From NCBI GenBank assembly GCA_024679065.1, contig JAGIQG010000013.1, positions 53,072,001-53,136,000 of the forward strand: 64,000 bases of DNA, read 5' to 3'. This document shows positions 51,230-64,000 of this stretch, in pieces (the stretch's first letter is position 1; each line of letters opens with the position of its first letter). The DNA is from Sphyrna mokarran (taxonomy: Eukaryota). The notes beneath the pieces were generated by a model. That model ran no database searches, was not told the origin of the DNA, and worked only from the letters and a program-made list of their open reading frames with translations. Made by a program: the position numbers and the translations under genes.

Positions 51230-53985
51230 TTTGCTCCAGAAGGCAGTCACAACCCATAGATTAGGTAAATCAGATTTAGTCTGTGATCAGGGACAGGAAG
51301 GTATGAGTACAGTAGGCAGGAGTGAGAATCTAGGAAGTAGCATAGAAGATATCTCGGCTCTTTCATGTCCAACAAGTATGAATTCCCAGCAGCCTGTGGA
51401 AGGAGGATCTGCAGGGAGGATGAGCAAAAACACCGCAGAACCTTGGTGCAAGGGGCCAATCACTTGGAGTAAAACAGAATGTGGTGAGGGGGAGAGAAAC
51501 TACTCTCTACAGCCATTAATGAAAGACCTGAAGCTGTGTTGGCTGTCCACTGTCAGGTTTAAGGACACCTCCTTAGTGCCAGAGTGGAACTTGGAATGGA
51601 AGAAACAGGGTTTAGTTATCTTTGCCTAAGCTGGATCAATGACCAAGGTAATAAAGAAGTATTGCTAATGGAGTATGAGTTGATAGGGCTAAATTATAAT
51701 GCAGAACTACAGAGATAATAATATCTAGATGACTACCACAGCTACAATCATATTGCCAGAGGGCAGATAAGATCAGAGAGTTTAAAGTGTGGCTGACAGA
51801 GACGTAGGAAAAACGGTTTTCAATTCATAAGGGACTGGCACAAGTGTTAGGGAAAGAGGCAGCCATTCCCTTGGGATGGGCTTCATCTAAATCACCCAGA
51901 AGGAATGGCTGGTGAATCAAATGATTAGGGCTGTAGAGAGGGCTTTCACCAAACTAATAGGGGGAAGGCTGAGGCAAGCAGAATTTTGGAAATTTACAGA
52001 AATGGACAATGCAACAGTGCAGGGTATGGATATGAGTCATAATAACCAGAGTGTGTATAAGAGGGAACAAGCAAATGTAGTCAGATTAGGAAAATTTGAT
52101 GAACAACTGAATTAAACACACTTCATCTGAATTCATGAAGTATTCAAAACTAGGTAGATGAATTTATGGTACAAAAGAATGATATAATCACCATCACAAA
52201 GACATAATTTCAAGGTGATCAAGGTTGTGAACTGAATATTTAAAGGCATCCAAGCTTTCAGAAAAATAGAAAGAATGGAAAAGGAGCCAGGGAAGCTTAA
52301 TTAGTGGGGAGGAACTTAAAACAATCAGCAAATATTAGAGAAAAATTACCAGCACAACTAACTAAAATGCTGGCTAATCCCCCGGACCCGAATGCCTGCA
52401 TTTAAGAGTCTTAAAAGAACTGGTTCAGAGATAGTATGTGCATTGGTGTATCTTTTCAAATTCCATAGATTCTGGAAGGATCCCCAGTGGACTGGAGAAC
52501 ATGCAAGTGAAATTTCCTTAATGGAAACGTAAAGCAGGATACTACAAGCCAGATAGTTTAACATTTGTCATTGGGAAAATATTAAAAATCACCACAAAGG
52601 AATCTGCTGTGTTATTAAAATTATTGAGAAAATCCACCACAGTCCGGAACCTGTTCAGGTACACTGAGGGAGAATTCAGCATGGCCAACGCACGTAACCA
52701 ATACTTTCTTCGGACTATGGGAGGAACTGGAGCACTCGGAAGCAACCCATGCAAATATGATGAGAAGATCTAGACTCCACACAGACGTAAGCTGGGAATC
52801 TAACACAGGTCCCTGCTGCTGTGAGGCAGCAGTGTGAATTACAATGCTACCATACCCCATAGAAATTAATAACCATATAAAGATGAATTTTCCAGTAACT
52901 GATGGAAAAAAACCCAGGACAGGACTTTACATTTTAACTTTCTCACTAACAAATGAACTAAAATCAACATAGACCAACAAACAACTAATATACAAAACTA
53001 CAAAAAGTTACTTCCCCATTAACTAACACACCAAAAATACTTTTTCACTTTATCTACGTTTCCTACAGATAAATAACTTTGAAGGTCAAGTTCAAAACTC
53101 CTTTCAGCTTCTTTCTCCCTGCTATCCCATAGTGTGTCTTTTGAAAATCATACCACTTAGCACCCAAACTAACCTCTAACAATAAGGTCCACTCCAGCAA
53201 CTTCTTGGTCCTTAAATCATGAGCCTTGTCTCTTCAAACAAAGAATCAGTTCTCACCAATTCCTGTTTATTAGCTCAATTAAAAAAAAAGCCATAGTCAG
53301 TGCCACCACACCCACCCCCACCTTTGTTTAGAGGCAGCCTGTCATCTTCTGGTCCCGTTGAAGTCAAGGCTCATTTGAGTAGCACGCTGGCTAAGCCACC
53401 AGGAGCTTAGATCCACTGCAGGGGATCAACTTTGGCAGGAATGATAAGTTTTGTCAGTGAGAAGGTCTGGAAAATCCTGGCCATAGTCTTTTCCTCTGCC
53501 TTTTACAACAGCTGCTACTTCCTCCCTTACTGTGTCTTGAAGTCTCCATGTCTGTGTCTACAGAAAAAAAACAACTGCCTGTCTTGTACGTCAGGGTTTG
53601 AAAACAGTCCCTTGATTTTCTCTAGGTTTCATTTACAAATCACATAGACCTGTTTCCAAGAAGAATTTGTATGATCATATTATATGCTGTATCCAGGGCA
53701 TACTGCTTTACCTTAAGTTAGAAGAGAAGTTTTAAAACATAACTGTTTAATGCATTTCTAACAGTGCCAGCACATTTAGAAAATCATAACACTATACAGC
53801 AGAGTCAACATAATATTTTGAAAGATATTTGATAAACTTATTAGATTTATTTGAAGGCAAGACAAGCAACGTGGATCAAGAAAAATCAGCAGGCATGGAT
53901 TTCGAAAAGGTATTCAATAAGATGTCAGATAAAAGGTTAGTACAGAAGATCAGAGTCCAACATGTTGAGGGTGCCATATTAGCAC
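51230..53985 (+). mobile_element. CR1 LINE relic including ORF1 (SGNH esterase-like) and ORF2 pieces, multiply interrupted
   Basis: WDGLHLN motif (tgggatgggcttcatctaaat, about 51872). ORF2 start resembling LxLNARSIxNKVDE at about 52120. RT piece INLLDLFE...MDFEKVFNKM at 53829-53985. Confidence 0.78.
52625..52860 (-). mobile_element. HE1-type V-SINE (alternative-tail variant, partial)
   Basis: gtacactgagggagaattcagcatggccaa...tgtgaggcagcagtg. Confidence 0.85.
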
Positions 53986-53989
53986 ACAA

Positions 53990-54830
53990 AAAGAAAAATA
54001 TAATAAATAATGCTGGAAATTTGAAATACAAAATGAAATTGCTAGAAACACTAAGCAGGTCTGGCTCAGTAATAACATTTCAGATTAATGATTTTTCAGC
54101 TGAATTGGGAAAGGTTAGAAATATAATAGGTTTTGAGCAAGGTGTGGGTGGAAAAAAGAAAGGTCTGTGATCGGATGAAAGACAAGAGATGGGAAATTAC
54201 GGAGCCAAAGGGAATGTTAATGAGGCAAGAAAACAAACAAAGAAACTAAAAGATATGCCAAGAGCAGGTATGCTACATCTGAAAGCATACAAAGAAAAGG
54301 AAACCAAAATGGAGATTATGATCTGAAATTATTGAACTCCACGTTGATTCCAGAAGGCTGTAAAGTCTTAATCAAAGATAGGTGCTGTTCCTCGCACTAC
54401 ACTGAACTTCACTGGAACAATATATAAGACTGAGGGCAGAGATGAAGAGAATTAAAATAAGAAGTTACTGGAAACTCAGTCATGCTTGTGGACTGGACAA
54501 TGGTACTCTGCAAAGCAATCATCCAATTGGCATTGGGTCTCCCAATGTAAAGGGGACAATATTACGAGCACTGAATACAGTAAACTAAATGAGAAAAAGT
54601 ACAGGCAAATTGCTGCTTTACCTGCAAGGGGTGTTTGGGGCCTTGAACGGTGAGGACAGAGGAGATAAAAGGGCAGTTGTTACATTTTGCACAAGGTGTT
54701 GCGGTGACTGAGCGGTGGGCCATGGTGTCACAGAGGGAACAATTCCTTTAGAATGCTGAAAGGGGAGGGGAGGAAAGTGGACCAACATGTCACAGAATGA
54801 ATGGTCCCCTAAGAATGAGAAACGGTCAGT
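53990..54830 (-). mobile_element. Penelope-like (Neptune-type) element 3' part
   Basis: About 54535-54615 on the minus strand translates QQFACTFSHLVYCIQCS*YCPLYIG (GIY-YIG). pLTR-like atgctggaaatttgaaat...agcaggtctggc at about 54010-54065. Confidence 0.82.
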
Positions 54831-57404
54831 ATAACACTAGGCAGAATTTTTGGCCTTTCTGAGCCAGTGCATCTTCTGGTTTTCCATAAACGGCCACATT
54901 GGTGGGATGTCCGACAGCAAGATAGGCAAGCTATAGCCATGCACAATATGTTGGAATTTAGTGCAACCAGAAGATTCTAATGGCAGCCAATAGCGAGCCT
55001 CCTCCGCTATTGGGAAAACAATGTCACTGGGTTGCGGGTGGGGGAGAGGGATGGAGTCCTAGTCATTGACTTTTGAAACATTGGACAAAGGATGGAAAGA
55101 ATTTCATAAAGAAATAATACATTGGCATTCTTTCAAATGTACCTTTTCTAAATAAACGGATGCAAACTTACATGTCTTGCCAATTAATTTTGAATGGCGA
55201 CTGTCATTGTACTTAGAGGTCATTAAAATTATAGTCAAGTAGTCACTTAATATTAGCATTATCAGGATGTTAACGAGACTGGCAACAATTTCCCATTACA
55301 TTATTGTTTTATGACACATGCCAACAAATAAAGCAGCATCAACAAGATTCCACTATTTTCAATAAAGCACCAGAGTATGAGCTTGAGAAATAATTCAAGG
55401 TCAATTAAGCCTTAATTCATTTAACTAGAGACTGATAAAAAACCTAGAACAAGATCAAAGCAGAAAGCTTCCTCATTTTAATTGTTTAAAGTGACTTTAG
55501 TAACATAACTTTTTCCAATTCCAGAGACAGTATGGAAATCCTTGAAAACGTGAAGGTGTGAAAATATCAGCACAAAATCAGACGAGAAACTGGTGGGAAT
55601 TTTGGAAAATTTAACATTCAGATTTTGCAATGGAGATGCTTGCCATTCCCAACTAATGCACATGGAAGGTGGGCATCTAACAAGCCTAAGCGTACAACGT
55701 GTGCACAAGTTTCCAACCCTAACTGCATTTGCCTTTTGCAGAAGTACGCTGAATACATTACAGGTCTTTGACATCTACAATTGAAATGTTAGTAATGAAC
55801 ATCCTGTTTTTGGCACCAATATGACATATGGGAGGAACTTAAAGGATTTTTGTCTGAGTTTATAAAAATGCAAGTTGCACACTCTTCATTTTTGCATTTC
55901 CATGAATCACATTGCTTATTAGTTCACTATACTTATTTTCCCAGTAACTGTGTGTGTTCACTGTTAGCAAGCCGTGACTGAGTTCAGGCTCGCATTTGTG
56001 GAAGAGGTCAGGTACGGAGGCAGGCACTTCACATCCTCTGCCCAATAGAAGGGCAAAAAAGTGCTTATCAGAAATCTACCTGAATAGACATATCATGTCA
56101 GTGGAGGGTCCTGTGACCTCTGCACTGTAAATACTGTATTTAGATATTGCTGAAACACTGTTTTCATGTGTGAGCTAGACTATTGGCTCTGTTCTAAGCT
56201 AATATTGTCATTCTTTCCTTTACGGAATATCATGCTACGTCTTCAAATTTTCAGAGTTTCAAAGAGCCACCTTGTTTAGTTCACACCGTTCTGTGAATCA
56301 CTACAGAGGCACAGTGTTGTACTCAAATCCAATTTACATTTCCCTGCACCTCTAATACCTATCTCAAAGCATTCCCCTTCAGGGAATGCAACAAACTCTC
56401 ATGCCTACTCCTAAAGGTGCACAAAGAAAGCCAGAAATTCTATAAGCAGCGCTCAGGCCCTTACTATATTTTATGACCAAGGACATGGCTTGTCACCTGC
56501 AATGCAATGCTTAGGCCAACAAGCCCATGCCAGGCAAATCAATCCCTCCCATGCTACATAATAATTGCCATCTTCCTCTCAACATCATCGAATCATGGGT
56601 CATGATAATTTGGATGGAGTAGTTTCCCTTCCCAACAAGATCTGCCTGTCCCATATTGAACTGGGTGCAGGCAGAACCTCCATCCCTCATTCAGGAGGAA
56701 GTTCAGTAACTCTCAGCTTCTCCTTCCTGCATCAAATTTAATTTGGTAACTTGCAGTCTAACATTCAGCAATGTTATTTAGTCAAAGGGCACTCATCTGC
56801 TTTATAATGTGCAATGGATTTTTGTCTACTACTCATTGGCCAGCAGCTCTCCAGTCCTGCAATGATAGGATCTTAGTGGATAGAGGAAGACTGCATGAAG
56901 ATGACAGAGCCCAAGTCCTGGGGCTGGACAGAAAAGTAAGTTTTCAGGGTCTCAGAACATGGAGGGTAGGGAAGGTCTGTGTGTTTGGAAAGTGAGTGAT
57001 TGGGATGCCAGGGAAAGACCAGTTGCCACTGGTCCAGTTGAAGAGAGGCTTTTAATGGAGGCATCACCATCCCAACTACTTTCAACCCAGAACCAAGTCC
57101 GATATTTTCAATTTCTCTCATGCCTAAAATTTGAAACGGGGCAAAAAAGGCCCGAGTGGCCAATTAAGGGCCTCAATTTGGCGCAAAAGGATGGCTATTC
57201 AAGATTTTGACCATCCTAGCATAAAATCACTGTGAGCTCGAGATAGGCAGGAAGCCATTACCTGCCTACAAACCCACTATGAGGAATTGTGAAATTCAGC
57301 CTATGACATTAATGAGAAGAAAGGACATGTGCAACTGCACATACGGGCTCATGTGCCTCCTCCTCCCTTATTCAAGGATATTCAGAATAGCTGGGAGCCC
57401 TGAG

Positions 57405-57625
57405 ATGGTACAGCACCCAGATTCGCTGATCACGATCAATAGATTCTGCTGCAGCAAATGCAGGCCACGGGAATATTCTGTTCCTCAAGGGGCCAGGTTG
57501 CCTCTCAGAATCACCAAGATTCATGTTGAGATGGCCAGCACCTCAGCTCAGCATCTGAAAACCTGGATTCAGTGGCATAAGCACTTCAGTGATTTTCTGT
57601 ACTTCAGAAAGCGAGTCGGGTGTTC
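57405..57625 (+). mobile_element. PIF/Harbinger Myb/SANT DNA-binding ORF relic
   Basis: APRFADHDQ*ILLQQM, then after a frameshift PQGARLPLRITK...EMA...KTWIQWHKHFSDF. Fits the Myb_DNA-bind_5 pattern (PRFS..L..LL...W.Q.RK.F.DL). Confidence 0.7.
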
Positions 57626-58009
57626 CTATTATACATGCAGTTTGCCCTTGATATATGAAGCATGTCTGGCTTTGGCTGGGCATAGGGCGCATGATGCTCA
57701 GCAGTGTGACAGCAGCCTACGTCCACAGACAAAGCTCATCACGTGAAGTGCGTGTAAATGAAGGATATTGAAGAAGAGATTTTTGAGATATTGTGGAGGT
57801 ATTTTTAAGTAACATACACCTTGCTGAACTTACACATTACCCTCTTCATCTTTCCCTTTTCCTTAAATGGCTGCCATTGCAACACTACTGGCTTATCTCT
57901 TAACTTAATGTTCCAGTTCATTTTTGCTTTTCTGCCCCCAATTTTTTTTAATTTTTAAATTCTTGTCTTGGACCCACTCCTCTTTCATTCAAACTGAATA
58001 TAGAAGATA

Positions 58010-59760
58010 ATGATCACTATTGTTTCACTAGAAGATCACTAATTAATCCAATCTTGTACAATACAAGGTTTAGTGCACCCTGTTCTCTGGTTTACTCCAA
58101 AATGTGCTGTTCTGAGAAACTATCCAGAAAACATTCTATAAACTTCTCTTCAATGCTATCTTTACTTAAATGATTTTACCAGCCTATGTTGATTAAAATC
58201 CCCCATGATTACTGCTGTACATCTCTGACAATCTCCTGTTAGTTCTTCCTTTAAACATTGTCATCACCTGTGGTTACTGTTATTAGGCCTTTATCACGCT
58301 CCCACAAGTGACTCTTTGCCTTAAACATACTCATCTCAACCCAAACTGCTTCTACATCCATCTTAAGCCATCTTTCTCTAATAGCCTAATTGCATCAGAG
58401 ACACCCCTTCACTTTTTCTAACTTGCTGTCCTTCCTAAGTGTCACGTACCCTTCAATATTTAGGTGTTAATTGATGTCATCCTGCAGCCATGTCTCTGTA
58501 ATGACTAGCAGATCACACCTATTTATTTGATTCATCTACTTTGTTTCAAATGCTATGCATATTCCGTTATAGAGGGTGGAATCTTACCAAAAAATGGCAA
58601 AGTGTAAGAAGCTGACTGAAAATCACTGTGTTTCACTCCAGACAAACAGCCAGGTTTTCTTGCTAGAACTTATGGCACTTGGTTAAAAAAAAAAATGGGT
58701 GCATGTTTCACAGCTATCACAGGGACATGGGGTGGGGGATGCTGTGTGTGTGCGTGCGTGCATGGGGTGGGGGGGGGGGGAGGGGAGTTGCTGGCTAAGG
58801 GCATCCCGATCAGGCTAAAAGATAACCTGTTCCCCACTTCACCATGGAAGTGTCAGGGCCTTCCCCTCCCCTCCTTGATCAATGCCAGCATCCTGTCCAT
58901 CCACCCCAGGGATCAATGCCAGCATCTTGCCCTTCTCCCATCCTCCCGACCCCAATCAACTCTGGCAGCTCTCTTCCAGTGTGCCCTCCACCACCTTCCC
59001 CCCTCACTCCATGCTCAACACCTTCCCTCCAGCCTGCAATCAATGGCAACATCTCTCCTGCTCTTGCCCTCCACCGCACTTGCAATCTACCTGCATTCTC
59101 CACCCATTCCCCTGACTAATACTGATATCCTCAGCAATTGTTATCGCTGGCATCTTCTTCCCCTCCCCCATCAACAGTCATGACCAGCTTCTCTACCCCT
59201 CTTCTCCCCTCCACAACTACACACACATGCTTCATCTCCCCTGCCATGCTAATTAGGCTCCTACTAGAGCCTGGCTCCAATATTGCCAGGTTGACCCAAC
59301 CTGTGCCGGAGACAGTACCCAGGTACGTCCTTCTCTCACAGGGGCTAACATGCCCCCAGAGGAATCCCTACCACATGTACATGTCTGGATGAACCTGTTA
59401 TAAATCTCACCAATGTGACATCACACCAGCAAGGTTTGAAAATACAGCTGAGGAGGAAATACGATGAGGGAAGTGAATGATATTAAAATTTACTAAAATA
59501 CATTTAAATGAGGTTCTCGTCTTTTATGGGCTTGCACCTCATTACATCATCAGCGAGGGGTGGGGAAAATCATGGACTGCAATCTCTCTAGAGATTCTAT
59601 CCCGATTTTCAGCCCACCTCACTATTCTCTCTGACAGCAAACGTGGGTTGAACATAATCGTCAGAGCTTTAAGTTTTGTCCTTTTATTATCCACTAGTCT
59701 CATCTGTTGATTTACTCTTCAAATTGTGCTCCTTAACCACAAAACCACTCTCTATTCTGC
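58010..59760 (-). mobile_element. CR1 endonuclease-region fragment, split by a DNA element
   Basis: gattaaaatcccccatgattactg is the reverse complement of VIMGDFN. CR1 resumes at 59663 (agagctttaagttttgtc). Confidence 0.7.
58574..59662. mobile_element. GC-rich non-autonomous DNA transposon (PIF/Harbinger-like)
   Basis: Begins gggtggaatcttaccaaaaaat, similar to the reverse complement of the 12103 end. Flanked by AGA on both sides (58571-58573, 59663-59665). C-rich low-complexity core. Confidence 0.6.
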
Positions 59761-59919
59761 TAGGAATTTGTAAGGAGAGTGAATGTTACACATAATTGGG
59801 CAAAATGAAGATTGAGAAGTGAATAGTAATTAGCTGTTCCAATTATTTTCACTTTTTTTTCTTGGAACAAGGCTAATATCAGGAAGATTACATTCAATGT
59901 GGTTTTGGAAACATGAAGT

Positions 59920-60735
59920 TATGAGGTTATGAACAGATTACGTGAATGGACAAATCAATGGAAAACTAAGTTCAATTCAGGCCAGAGTGCGGTTAACCAC
60001 TTTGTACTGAAGAAAGATCATTTAAAATGTTTTCAAAAATGATGAGAAATTAAGAACTGCAGAGCAGCAAAAAGATTTGGGAGTCTAAGTGCATTAATTA
60101 TTTAAAGCTAAAAAATGTGCACAAAACTCAAATAAAACAGTGATGGATTATTGGTCTTGATCTTAAGGGAACGGAAATACAAAGTGAGGAAGTGATGCTT
60201 TATTTGTCCATGGTTTTAGTCAGGCCCAATCTGGAGTACTGCATTCAGTTTTCAGCACCGACTCTCAAGGTGAAGTTGATGGCTTCAGAAGGATGGTGGT
60301 GGAAATACACCAGAATGGTATTGGGTCATCAAGAATTAAGGGGACATAAGGTTTAGGAAGAGAGATTGTACAGACTTGGCCAGCACTTTCTTGAGATTAT
60401 AGTATCGTGATGAGTAGTCTAATTGAATGGCTTAAATATTAAATGGGTTTGAAAAGGAGAAATTATTTCTCTGTAGTGGAATCAGTAACACAATCTTAAA
60501 ATGCAGGGGCAAAGTACAAAGAGTAGTAGAAGACAAAATTATCTTGCTCAAAAGACTACTGAGACAACTGGAACATTCAAGACTGATACTGATATAATTT
60601 TGTTAGGTAAGGAGGTCAGGATATGCAGCAAAGGTGGATACATGGAGTTGGAAGTGCAGATTGGCCATGGTCCAATTGAACGGAGAAGCAATTTTGAAGG
60701 ACTGAGTAGTTTATTCCGGTTTCCAATGACTTTTA
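59920..60735 (+). mobile_element. CR1 3' portion, decayed
   Basis: gtcaggcccaatctggagtactgcattcagtttt (VRPxLEYCxQF) and CR1 3' UTR. Confidence 0.8.
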
Positions 60736-61957
60736 TTCATGTCTTGTGGGCCACCTCTGACTTTCCTCAACTTCACTTTGTAGCAGATTGCTACTGCACT
60801 GAAATGGATGCCAAACCTAGCAAAGTAAAGCTAGCCTCCTGGATGTAATTCCAAGTCAGTAAGTAAATTTCACAATTAAATTATGCCAGTGTTTGAATCA
60901 ACAAAACTGTTTTGTATTAGTGTAAAAATAGAGCGGTGAGAGTTTCAAGTAAACTGAGAAATATTTTGTACCTTTGTTAACTCGAAAGGGTTAAGGATCA
61001 TCAATAGTAATTTTAAGTTGACTCAGACACATGCAACTTGACTGGCTCAAGAGCAAGCTCAGTGACCTCTTTCAGAAAATCTCTTAACTTTATCTGTATG
61101 ATGAGTGAAGTTAGAAAAAGGAAAAGCATAGCAAGATTGACAGAAAGATTAAAAAAAGCAATAAGAAAGTTATAGAAGTGAAGAGAAAGAAAAATGCACA
61201 GGCTAGAAAAATAAGCCTATAAGGATTATAACAAATAGATGGAGAAGCAACTACAAAAATGTATCAGAATTTTCTAAAATAAAAAATGATACCCCAGGGT
61301 TGTTCTTTAGTGAGATCTAAGCAACAACTGAATTAATGAATTGTCATGTCTTAATATAAATGCAGATATTATTCTATAAAGAATTACAAAATCTATCAAG
61401 AGCACTTATGTTGCTAATTAGCCATTTTCTGTACAGGAGGACTGCTTCCTAGCTGGGCAAAAATCATGAGATTCACATGGATTAATTATGATTCTTTTAT
61501 ATTTCATTAATCAAAATATTTAAGCAGAAAGCTGTGGCTTTAGGATAATTGCTTAGGACACATTTGTAATAATTAGGATTCTGGGTTACTGTATTAATTG
61601 AAACACGCAAACATGGGGCTGAATGGATGTAAAACTGATAAACATTGGTAAGTGAAGTAAATTGGACTTTAGCTATCACTTCAATACAAACCTTGAAATT
61701 ACATCAACAGACTTAAACTTCATCGCCCTGGAGTCAGTGATATCTGAAGAATCAGTTGGTTAAATTAAGTAACAATATCAATGGAATGAGATAAACAAAA
61801 TAATAGAGTATGTCATTGGAGATGTTGTCATTATAGTTGAAGATCGCAAATAGCCAGGAGTTAGTTATGCCAAGCAATGGTCAAGTATTCACGTTAACAA
61901 CCAGTTAATTTTCACAAATATTGCAAAGACATTTTAATTTTTTTTTAAAGAGTTCCT

Positions 61958-62720
61958 AAGGCTAGATTTTATAAGTTATTACAATCCCCTCCTCCCAGCT
62001 AAACAGCCGGTGGGGAGCCCACCATGCTCCTGAAGGCAGCCTTGCAGCAATTTAATGCTGGAAGCAGTGTTAATTGCTTTAAAGCAAAACTTCCATTCCT
62101 TTCTTGGGAAGAAGTTAAGCCTTATGAGAGTTTCAGGTTAACTGGATTGGCTGGAGTTCCACCAACACCAGCCAAAGTGCTGGCAGCTCCTGAGACTACA
62201 GGTAGCTCCAACATGCTGAGGAACCCAAATAAGTCCAGGTCCAGAGTGAGGAGGGAGAACAGCCAACATTGTCCAGCCACATTGTCACTCTACCTTACAG
62301 AATGCTCTGACCCCTATATCATCACCTTTGTCCCTATACATTTATAAGTGCAACATATACACAGTGGAGACTCAGGTACTTGGGGCTGGAATTTACCCTC
62401 CTTTTACACTAGGTTTGAATGGTGGAAAGCATATAAAATGCAGCAGGTAGCCTTGTTTTTTTTACTCATCTGCAACTAACTTACCTGAGGTTTTAAGGGA
62501 GGTGTGTGTGGCCTGACCCCTTTTGGTCAATTGAGGCCTTCAAGTGACTATTAGTGCCCATTTAAGTGCCTCACCCTGTTACTGCCAGTATTTTACTTGT
62601 GGTGGGAGAGATCAAGCCATTCAAGACCAACAGTTTTGGTAGAGTCATTTCATGTCAGACAAGGGAGTTTGGGGGTCACCTTTGCAGGCCCCTTGGAACC
62701 ATTGGAGCAACATCCCTCTT
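61958..62720. mobile_element. GC-rich non-autonomous DNA element fragments
   Basis: ggggctggaatttaccc start at 62382. caattgaggcct...aagtg motif shared with about 57155-57180 and about 20670-20700. Confidence 0.45.
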
Positions 62721-64000
62721 TAACTCTACTTATTGTCATCTCAAATTTGGCCCCCAACCCCTGAGGCTCCACTATTTATAGATTGCACTCAAAGATGTAG
62801 GAACAAAGATGATGGATATTAATAGGGGTCAAAGTATTTTATGTGGTGGAGTGACAACGTGGCTGTTGACTTTAGCTATCCCAATGTTTAACCACAAATA
62901 AGCATTACTATTTTGAGGGACAATGTTGAGAGATGAGTGGGGAAGACAGGGAGGAAATTAATATTTCAAACTCAATTCCTCACCTCTCCAAAACCCTACT
63001 CTCATAAAAATAACAGTTCATACAGGATCAAACTCGAATATCTGACAGTAAATTGGCAGTGTAAAAGATGGTGCAAATGCTGAGCTGGATGTTAGTGATG
63101 TACGTGAGGTCTCTAGCTCTGTATCTATAAATGATGTCAGCTGAGGAGGAGGATGAAGCAATTGCAGCTTTGGTTTCAAAAGCTTATCCCACACAAAGGT
63201 GTGTTTTACCTTCAACTCTAGTATTAGCATTTTTATACTTGCAGAACATTGTCTTTAATTTGCTAGCTTACTAAGAAAAAACGTGAACCAATGATTAATG
63301 TGCATCAATCTACATTGAAATTATCTATTCTAAAATATACTTTATGCTTTCAAATGGTTCTGGGCTATGAATTAATATATTGAATCACCTAGCATGATCT
63401 TTCACACCAGGAGGGAGTGTAATTGCTCAGTAGTAATGTCTTGTTAGTCAACCAGACCTGCTGTGCTTGCAAGTTTTAGGTCTCCTAACAGTAAGCTAAG
63501 GGACATAATCTCTGCTGTGATATGTTGAGTCACTTACATTATTTAATAATGGACAATTAGTATGCTAAAAAAAGCGTTTTGATCACCAAATGTTTCACTG
63601 GTATCTCAAGGAAATCCAGGGAGTTGGATAGTTAAGAAAAGGATATCTTAAACTTTTCAGACTTTGCTTCACTTTCTGCACTTTGTGGTAGTCTTTCAAT
63701 CAGCTATTACATTTTGATAAACAGAGTATGTACAAGGTACATTATTCTCAGATTCAGAAGGAAAACCATGGTCCACAGAGGTGCCTTCAATGAGTTCACC
63801 TTGCATAAATGAGTAGCTATTTTGCATACAGATTCCATTTTGAATATAGGACAGCTTCAGGTCACTATGCTTTCTAACAAGGTTGGCAGTTTGTCATCTA
63901 AACTACCTTTTTTTTTTAAGAAGTATTTTTCTAAACTTCAGATATTCCATCCTGATATTGTCAATCTAATTTATTTAGATGATAAAACTAAAAGTAAAGT

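Larger units (their letters stand above)
1..64000 (-). other. dmd: Internal portion of the dystrophin gene (part of intron 7, exons 8-11, part of intron 11)
   Basis: Four colinear minus-strand exons with matching phases (1/0, 0/0, 0/0, 0/2). Intron 8 = 5331 nt, intron 9 = 20476 nt, intron 10 = 328 nt. No exon 7 or exon 12 peptide was found by eye. Confidence 0.93.

Noticed and set aside
51087-51629. Longest ORF (180 aa) as a nested gene
   Set aside because: Overlaps decayed CR1 ORF1 sequence and has no independent gene structure.
3640-52860. tRNA genes
   Set aside because: All A/B-box-like motifs seen are SINE heads, and none completes a cloverleaf that I could see.
58695-59392. Cluster of overlapping Pro/Ser-rich ORFs
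   Set aside because: Artefact of C-rich low-complexity DNA inside a non-autonomous transposon.
62480-62600. Perfect CAG|GTAAGT donor on the sense strand
   Set aside because: Inside a repeat fragment, with no convincing acceptor or coding frame.
1-64000. CRISPR array, operon, phage-defence or other prokaryotic system; non-retroviral endogenous viral gene
   Set aside because: The sequence is vertebrate intronic DNA. I saw no regularly spaced repeat-spacer array and no long ORFs or viral protein motifs.

Overview
Vertebrate, not prokaryotic, DNA. It is AT-rich, CpG-depleted and packed with HE1 (V-SINE), DeuSINE, CR1, L2, Rex1/Babar, Penelope and PIF/Harbinger relics, which points to a shark or other elasmobranch. 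The whole window lies inside the dystrophin gene (dmd) on the minus strand. Four coding exons are identifiable by translation and GT-AG boundaries, and correspond to human exons 8 (30973-31154, 182 nt), 9 (25531-25641, 111 nt), 10 (4866-5054, 189 nt) and 11 (4356-4537, 182 nt). They encode the end of CH2, hinge 1 and spectrin repeat 1. Exons 7 and 12 were not found and are presumably outside the window. Nearly all listed ORFs are noise or decayed transposon fragments. I cannot support a new biological system. The best leads are: a shortened exon 9 with a weak GTCTGT donor and two downstream RBFOX motifs; two candidate short exons in intron 7 that would join exon 8 in frame, one next to an E-box cluster; an intact sense-oriented solo LTR; a segment of intron 9 with splice signals on both strands; a Penelope-derived hairpin element with a 12-bp TSD; and relics of both Harbinger genes alongside their MITEs. 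Repeat boundaries are approximate, and family names come from recalled motifs, not database searches.
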